From positions 1 to 64,000 of the forward strand of contig CAVOYH010000001.1 of the NCBI GenBank assembly GCA_963700635.1: 64,000 nucleotides of DNA. Direction: 5' to 3'. How positions within the stretch are numbered: the stretch's first letter is position 1; each line of letters starts with the position of its first letter. The position numbers and the translations under genes were made by a program. Source of the DNA: an uncultured Bacteroidota bacterium (GTDB taxonomy: Bacteria > Bacteroidota > Ignavibacteria > UBA10030 > UBA6906). This document shows, piece after piece, positions 58,947 to 64,000 of this stretch. The notes beneath the pieces are model-generated. The model was not told where the DNA came from. It saw only the letters and a program-made list of their open reading frames with translations, and ran no database searches.

Positions 58947-61491
58947 CAAGGATTTTTTCCGAGCCCAGCCAGAAGCCGCGGAACGTTACATTGTCGGCCA
59001 GGTGCACGATCCTGCCCTTGCCGACGCCCGCCACGACGACGGCTGCGCTGCCGGCAAGATTCCGGGTGTTTTCTGAAGAGAGATAACCGCTGAGCACAGG
59101 GTCGCTGGTATAACTCAGCGGCGTGCCGTACGGGTCGCGGGCCGCACTCATCACGAGTGATGTTCCGTGGCACAAAGCCAGCCGATCGGCATCAATTCCG
59201 TAGCCAAGCGGATGTGATCGATCCACCGTTGCTTCGACGATCACCCCGTTGACCATCTGGGCCCCCTCCGACTTTCCCATCTCTCCAAACGGACGGCGTA
59301 TCAGCGTGGTGTCCTGCTGAAGTTCACGGGGGGTCCGGACGACAACCGGGGAGATTTTTTTTCTTGCGAGCCATTCCACAGCGCTCTCCTGTGCCACGAC
59401 TGTTCCGCCGTTTTCTGTCCAGTTCCTGATTGCGGAGACTGATGTACTGTCCACCTGCGCATAACTTCCGCCGGGAAGGAGAAGTACCGAATAGCGTGAA
59501 AGGTTCATGCGGCTGAACTGAGCTGGTTCGGCAATCGTGACATCCAGACCGAGCTTGTTATCCAGCAAGTGCCACATTTCCCCAGCGTCACCCGCCGAAA
59601 CCCCGGATCCCGCGGCGAGCAAAACGCGCGGCAGCGCCAGCGGCCGGATCCGATCGCTCCCGAGGTCAATACCTTCGGCAGTCAACCCCGAGTTCACCCC
59701 GTAGATTACAATGTCGTTCTCGTGCAAAACGTCATTGATGATCGCAGCGATGGTGTCCCGTTTTTCTCTCTGTACGCCGACCGGCACAATGATTGTACCA
59801 TAGTCGAATTGGTGCGGTAGCCGCGCCGGGTCCACGTCTGCCGCGAATGGTACCGTGGCCGTGCGCATGAGCACGCCTGACCGGAGAAGGCGGGAAACGA
59901 CACCGGGCGCATTGAGCTGGCTCCACGGGATGATATACGCCACGGGCTCCGGCGGGCCGACATAGTTGCCCCTCCGATCGGACGTTGTCCCCACAAGTTC
60001 CCCCATCAGATTTTCCGGAAGGGAAGTGAGAAGCGAGTGAGAGAGACCGTACGCAGATGGAAGTGTCCAGGCAGAAATGTCATAGAAGATGCTGTCGCGA
60101 AATTCTTTTCTCTTCTCGAGCAACGTCGTAAGGAGGCGGTAATGCGGCTGACGCACATCGACGAGAAATGCTGAGCCGGGTTCGTACACGGTTTCGCCCG
60201 CCGTATGCCGCCGTTGAATCTCGTGGACACGGATGGTGTGGCGCGAAAGGAGCTCCGCCAGCTGGCGTGCCCGGACGGGATCGGTCCGGGATCCAAACAG
60301 GTAGGCGCGCACGGTTGACCGTCGGGCTTCTTCCCGGGCCTGCGAAAAGAAGTCGCGCTGGTACGCAAGAAACTCATGACGCATATCGGCCTGGGCGGCC
60401 AGAGCAGTAAGGGACGAGGCAACATGATTCCGGATGGCAAACCGGAACGTCATGATGCCGTTTGGATGTTCCTGGCTGTGCCCGCGGACGCTGGCCTGCT
60501 CAAAGAGTATCCCCACAGAGCCGGAAAGGTCGGCGTATGTTGAGGCTTTGCCTGCAAAAAAATCGTCAAACACTTCTTCCGTATAGTAGAGCGACCCGAG
60601 GCTATCCAGGGTCTCCGCAAACCGCCGTGCAATCTTCTGCGTCAGGCGTTGATTTTCTGTCGGGATCAACGGATGCACCGCGGATGCCTTTCCGGGCTGG
60701 AAGAAATACGTGGAAGAACTACCCATCTCGTGAAAATCCAGGAGGACATGCGGCATCCAGCGGTGGTATTGTGTCATCCGTGCCCGGGACTCCGGATGTA
60801 CCAGCGGCACATAATCGCGGTTCAAGTCAAACCAGTAATGGTTCCCCCGCCCTGACGGCCATGGCTCCGTGTGCTCGCGTGTTGCGGGATCTGCGACCGG
60901 TTGGCGGCCGCGGTTGCCGTTAACCCATGCCGCAAACCTGTCATATCCATCCGGATTCAAACACGGATCCAGGATAATGACGGTGGAGGAAAGCAGGCGC
61001 TCGACATCCTGGCCCTGTGCCGCTGCAAGGTGGTAGGCAACGAGAGACGCAGCGTTTGATCCGCTCGCTTCGTTGCCGTGGATGGTGTATCCCAACCATA
61101 GTACGACCGGTGGTGCGGCCGGCGGCGGAAAAGCGGGCACGGAGGTTTCCGTCTGCGCTCTGTGTTCGCGGCGGATATCCTCGAGACGTGCGTGATGTGA
61201 GGGATGCGTGATGGTCAGCAGGACAAGGGTGCGTTGTTCGTAGGTAACCCCGTATTCTTCCAGGTGGACCCGGTCGGATGCGGCATCGAGCGCGCGCAGA
61301 TAGGCAAGAAGCTGGTCGTGCCGGACGTGCCAGTCTCCAACGGCAAATCCAAAGTATGACTGGGGAGTCGGAATTGTTGGATCATACGTGGCCCCGGCAG
61401 GGAGGAAATAGTCGAGATCCCCGGCCCGGCCTGATGGAGAGGCGCTCAGAATAAAGACCGCGAGGGTGGAAAGTACACTCAGTGTCCGCAT
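58888..61491 (-). CDS. M14 zinc carboxypeptidase family protein
   Basis: IHGNE.SG, NPDG, GRGNHYWFDLNRD and DFHEMG; signal peptide. Confidence 0.88.
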   Translation of the reverse strand: MRTLSVLSTLAVFILSASPSGRAGDLDYFLPAGATYDPTIPTPQSYFGFAVGDWHVRHDQLLAYLRALDAASDRVHLEEYGVTYEQRTLVLLTITHPSHHARLEDIRREHRAQTETSVPAFPPPAAPPVVLWLGYTIHGNEASGSNAASLVAYHLAAAQGQDVERLLSSTVIILDPCLNPDGYDRFAAWVNGNRGRQPVADPATREHTEPWPSGRGNHYWFDLNRDYVPLVHPESRARMTQYHRWMPHVLLDFHEMGSSSTYFFQPGKASAVHPLIPTENQRLTQKIARRFAETLDSLGSLYYTEEVFDDFFAGKASTYADLSGSVGILFEQASVRGHSQEHPNGIMTFRFAIRNHVASSLTALAAQADMRHEFLAYQRDFFSQAREEARRSTVRAYLFGSRTDPVRARQLAELLSRHTIRVHEIQRRHTAGETVYEPGSAFLVDVRQPHYRLLTTLLEKRKEFRDSIFYDISAWTLPSAYGLSHSLLTSLPENLMGELVGTTSDRRGNYVGPPEPVAYIIPWSQLNAPGVVSRLLRSGVLMRTATVPFAADVDPARLPHQFDYGTIIVPVGVQREKRDTIAAIINDVLHENDIVIYGVNSGLTAEGIDLGSDRIRPLALPRVLLAAGSGVSAGDAGEMWHLLDNKLGLDVTIAEPAQFSRMNLSRYSVLLLPGGSYAQVDSTSVSAIRNWTENGGTVVAQESAVEWLARKKISPVVVRTPRELQQDTTLIRRPFGEMGKSEGAQMVNGVIVEATVDRSHPLGYGIDADRLALCHGTSLVMSAARDPYGTPLSYTSDPVLSGYLSSENTRNLAGSAAVVVAGVGKGRIVHLADNVTFRGFWLGSEKILVNAVFFGSLLRSQPARGDR

Positions 61492-61544
61492 GCAAGAATC
61501 CGTATCATGAGAAAAAGTGTCAACATGTCACAACGTACACTTCC

Positions 61545-62885
61545 TTACCGCTGAAGCAGCAAGGAAGTGGCTTTCGCGAAAAGCGCGGTCCGGAGGACAG
61601 CATAATAGACGCCGCTTGAGAGGTGAGCAGCGTCAAAGGTTACGGTGTGTGTGCCCGGCGAACCGGGAATATTCGAAAATGTGGTGATTATTCTCCCGAG
61701 CACGTCATACACGGTAAGCGTCACCTCCGGGGGGAGTGTCTCCCCGCTTCCCGGACCCTGTCCGGGAAGCGTGTACACGATGGTTGTTGTTCCGTTAAAG
61801 GGGTTTGGAAAGTTGTGGAGGAGTGCAAACTCTGCCGGAGTGCCCTGTCTGACTGCGGTCGGGGCCTCGGGAAATGTAAGGATGACAGCTTGCGCGAGTT
61901 TGTTCCAATTTACTTTTGTGTCACGAAGTCCTGAAAGTTTCTGCTCGAGGTGAAGAAAATGCCCGCTCGCGGCAGAGGCAGGTGTTGTACACGGCTGACT
62001 GCTCCCGTTGATAAGCCGCCCCTGAGTGTTTGTGGTCGCGATAAGTCGCGTCCACGTAATGTCAAGGTGTGCGATCTTGAACGTGAGTGTGGGATCGACA
62101 CTCAACAGGTTGTCGCGTAACGTGCTGAGGTAGTCACGGCCGGCAGGTGGTGACTTCTGTGTTCCGTTGCTCATGATTATGTCTGGGTCGGTGGAGAGTT
62201 TGGAGAACCCATGCGGCTGAATGAACACACAGCTGTCAACGGTTCCCAGGAATGCGGAGGTGGAAACCTGAAACATACCATCCACTACGTGCGCCTGGTC
62301 GGATATCCTGTACGGTTCGTCACCCGAACTGCAGGCGCTCGTGGTGCCGCTGCAGGTGGAGAACACGGCACTGTTGCAGCGGTGGGTTCCGCTCATAAAA
62401 AAGGCGCGGGCTCCGGCGGACCGGTAGACAAAAAACCCCTGAGCTCCTGTGTTACTGTCATAACGCGGATGTGGCGATTGGATAATCAGTCTGGGTCGGC
62501 GGGGTAGTCGGGAGAAAAGATAGGTGCCCCAGTGATTGGCCGACGTACCTTGTTTTTCGAGGACCAGATGGGCACGGAATGGCACATCTGTAGTGTCCGT
62601 ATAATCAAGAATCTGATAACCCAGTCCGTCGGCCAGCGGAACCGCTGTACCGGGATCGCCGGCGATGATTGCTTCCACCATGGTCTTCCATGTCGATTGC
62701 TGGACAGCAGATGGGGCCTGATAGTGACCGGCTCCCGAGCTGGTAGGCATGGCAAGAATCAGGCTATCGATGTGTGCCGTGAGATTGCCCGAGCGTACAA
62801 TCTGGGCCTGACCGCTGGCAATACAGAAGAGAAGGGCAAGAAGTGACGGGAGGAATTGACAGCCTTTTTTCATTCGGGGGCTCAT
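61545..62885 (-). CDS. Secreted protein of unknown function with T9SS C-terminal tail
   Basis: Signal peptide; C-terminal LHNFPNPFN.TT...YDVLGR...SSGVYY. Confidence 0.75.
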   Translation of the reverse strand: MSPRMKKGCQFLPSLLALLFCIASGQAQIVRSGNLTAHIDSLILAMPTSSGAGHYQAPSAVQQSTWKTMVEAIIAGDPGTAVPLADGLGYQILDYTDTTDVPFRAHLVLEKQGTSANHWGTYLFSRLPRRPRLIIQSPHPRYDSNTGAQGFFVYRSAGARAFFMSGTHRCNSAVFSTCSGTTSACSSGDEPYRISDQAHVVDGMFQVSTSAFLGTVDSCVFIQPHGFSKLSTDPDIIMSNGTQKSPPAGRDYLSTLRDNLLSVDPTLTFKIAHLDITWTRLIATTNTQGRLINGSSQPCTTPASAASGHFLHLEQKLSGLRDTKVNWNKLAQAVILTFPEAPTAVRQGTPAEFALLHNFPNPFNGTTTIVYTLPGQGPGSGETLPPEVTLTVYDVLGRIITTFSNIPGSPGTHTVTFDAAHLSSGVYYAVLRTALFAKATSLLLQR

Positions 62886-63130
62886 GTGTTTGGAGAACGA
62901 CCTGACAAGATACCTGCATTGGTTATGAGACGCAAACAGAGGATGCACGAATCACACCAACCGGCGGCGGGAGCTGCACGCCGGTAATTTCGCCGTAATG
63001 CGGGCCCCTCCGTTTGCATCTGAGATTTCCACGTGCTTTATTGTGCTGAATGAGCCCGAGGAATCGGGCATGATCTGCCCGTTCATCGGATCTTGCCCGC
63101 GAAAATGCCCAGCAATGTGCCTGTTTTGCA

Positions 63131-63146
63131 TGGTACGAAACTTGCA
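63131..63146 (+). promoter_or_regulatory. sigma54 (-24/-12) promoter
   Basis: TGGTACG-AAAC-TTGCA with exact GG-N10-GC spacing, 125 nt before ATG 63271. Confidence 0.7.
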
Positions 63147-63270
63147 TATACCGGAACGGCGTTCTGGCCTCTTTCTGAAGCCTCACGTACTTCCGTACCT
63201 CTTTCATTACGAATCCACAGACGACGATGAGTGCACGTCCATTCCATCACCATATAGAGAGGGTGCTACC

Positions 63271-64000
63271 ATGAGGTCTCTTGTGATCACTTTTCTGGTT
63301 GCCGCGCTGGCAATGCCGCTCGCCGCGCAAAATTTGTCGGTCATTGTAGAGAATGTCGCGAACAGTGGTCCGACGTACTACTCGCACCAGCGTAAGGTCG
63401 CACGCACGAGTAATGGCGTCTTGATCGCTGCCTGGAATGACAAGGCGGCGCTTGGAGGTCAAGTGGTGTACTCAATGTTTGATGATGCATTCGGGACATG
63501 GTCGCCGGCCGCCGCTGTTTCCAACGCAGCCGAGCGGGCAATCCAACCCGCGCTTGCCTCCGATGAACTGGGAAATGTCCATGCGGTCTGGCAGGAGCGT
63601 GCAAGTACGACGGCGCGTTACCAGACATTTTATGCGAAATTTAACGGAACCACCTGGACCACACCGGTCAAGATTTCGATAAACGATGCCCAGCCCGCAG
63701 AGGAAGCAGCCATCGAGATCGACTCCCGCGGTTATCTCTGGGTCGTCTATAATAATGATGGTGCCGGCGCAGGCAGCGAGTTCGTCTTTGCCATCAAAAG
63801 CACGAATGGCGGCTCGACGTGGTCAACCGTTGCGGATACCCTCTACAAACAGGGAACTCTTGGAACATCCATCGAAGTCGGACGCACATCCCTTGCTGCC
63901 GGGCCCAGCGGCCGGATGGTAGCAATCTGGGACAACAGCCTCACCGGTACAGCATCCCGCCGGGAAGTATTCGTCAATCAGTATGATGGATCAGCATGGA
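63271..64000 (+). CDS. Secreted BNR/Asp-box beta-propeller-like protein; 5' part only
   Basis: Not in the ORF track (no stop in window). My translation: MRSLVITFLVAALAMPLAA-QNLS..., with blade-like repeats P.LA.D..GNVHAVW and the Asp-box KSTNGGSTWS. Confidence 0.75.
   Translation, partial: MRSLVITFLVAALAMPLAAQNLSVIVENVANSGPTYYSHQRKVARTSNGVLIAAWNDKAALGGQVVYSMFDDAFGTWSPAAAVSNAAERAIQPALASDELGNVHAVWQERASTTARYQTFYAKFNGTTWTTPVKISINDAQPAEEAAIEIDSRGYLWVVYNNDGAGAGSEFVFAIKSTNGGSTWSTVADTLYKQGTLGTSIEVGRTSLAAGPSGRMVAIWDNSLTGTASRREVFVNQYDGSAW

Noticed and set aside
1-64000. CRISPR arrays, rRNA, intact tRNA, IS elements or prophage genes
   Set aside because: No spaced direct repeats, cloverleaf, transposase, integrase or phage motifs seen by eye.

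Overview
GC-rich bacterial chromosomal DNA. Several secreted proteins end in 'NYPNPFNPSTT' Por/T9SS-type tails, which suggests an Ignavibacteria/Bacteroidota-Chlorobi-like anaerobe (inference). In order the window holds: (1) a minus-strand glycoside operon (Na+ symporter, GH38, GH3-PA14, UroD-family protein) and hrpB; (2) a 14.7-kb anaerobic purine/urate-catabolism-type cluster (ssnA, ygeY, hydantoinase, Xdh Mo and 2Fe-2S subunits, ygeW, mocA, xdhC). In it the usual ygfK and ygeX/dpaL are not recognisable; a single-chain dihydropyrimidine-dehydrogenase-like fusion and two other PLP enzymes are present instead; (3) a T9SS phosphodiester glycosidase; (4) an apparently lower-GC segment with an FkbM methyltransferase and a heavily frameshifted LamG/T9SS protein; (5) an Rrf2 regulator with a duplicated palindromic operator; (6) an archease-rtcB-AlaX operon; (7) a three-gene cytochrome c module centred on a Cyc2-like cytochrome-porin fusion; (8) trpB2 under an unannotated Trp-Trp-Trp leader-peptide attenuator; (9) a Tat-DUF362/polyferredoxin cluster; (10) a sigma54 two-component system, a cNMP-domain-aspartase fusion, peptidases, and a sigma54 promoter in front of a secreted beta-propeller protein. 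Many genes carry single-base indels that look like sequencing/assembly errors. No CRISPR array, rRNA, intact tRNA, integrase or transposase was seen. All family calls come from reading motifs by eye; no database searches were run.
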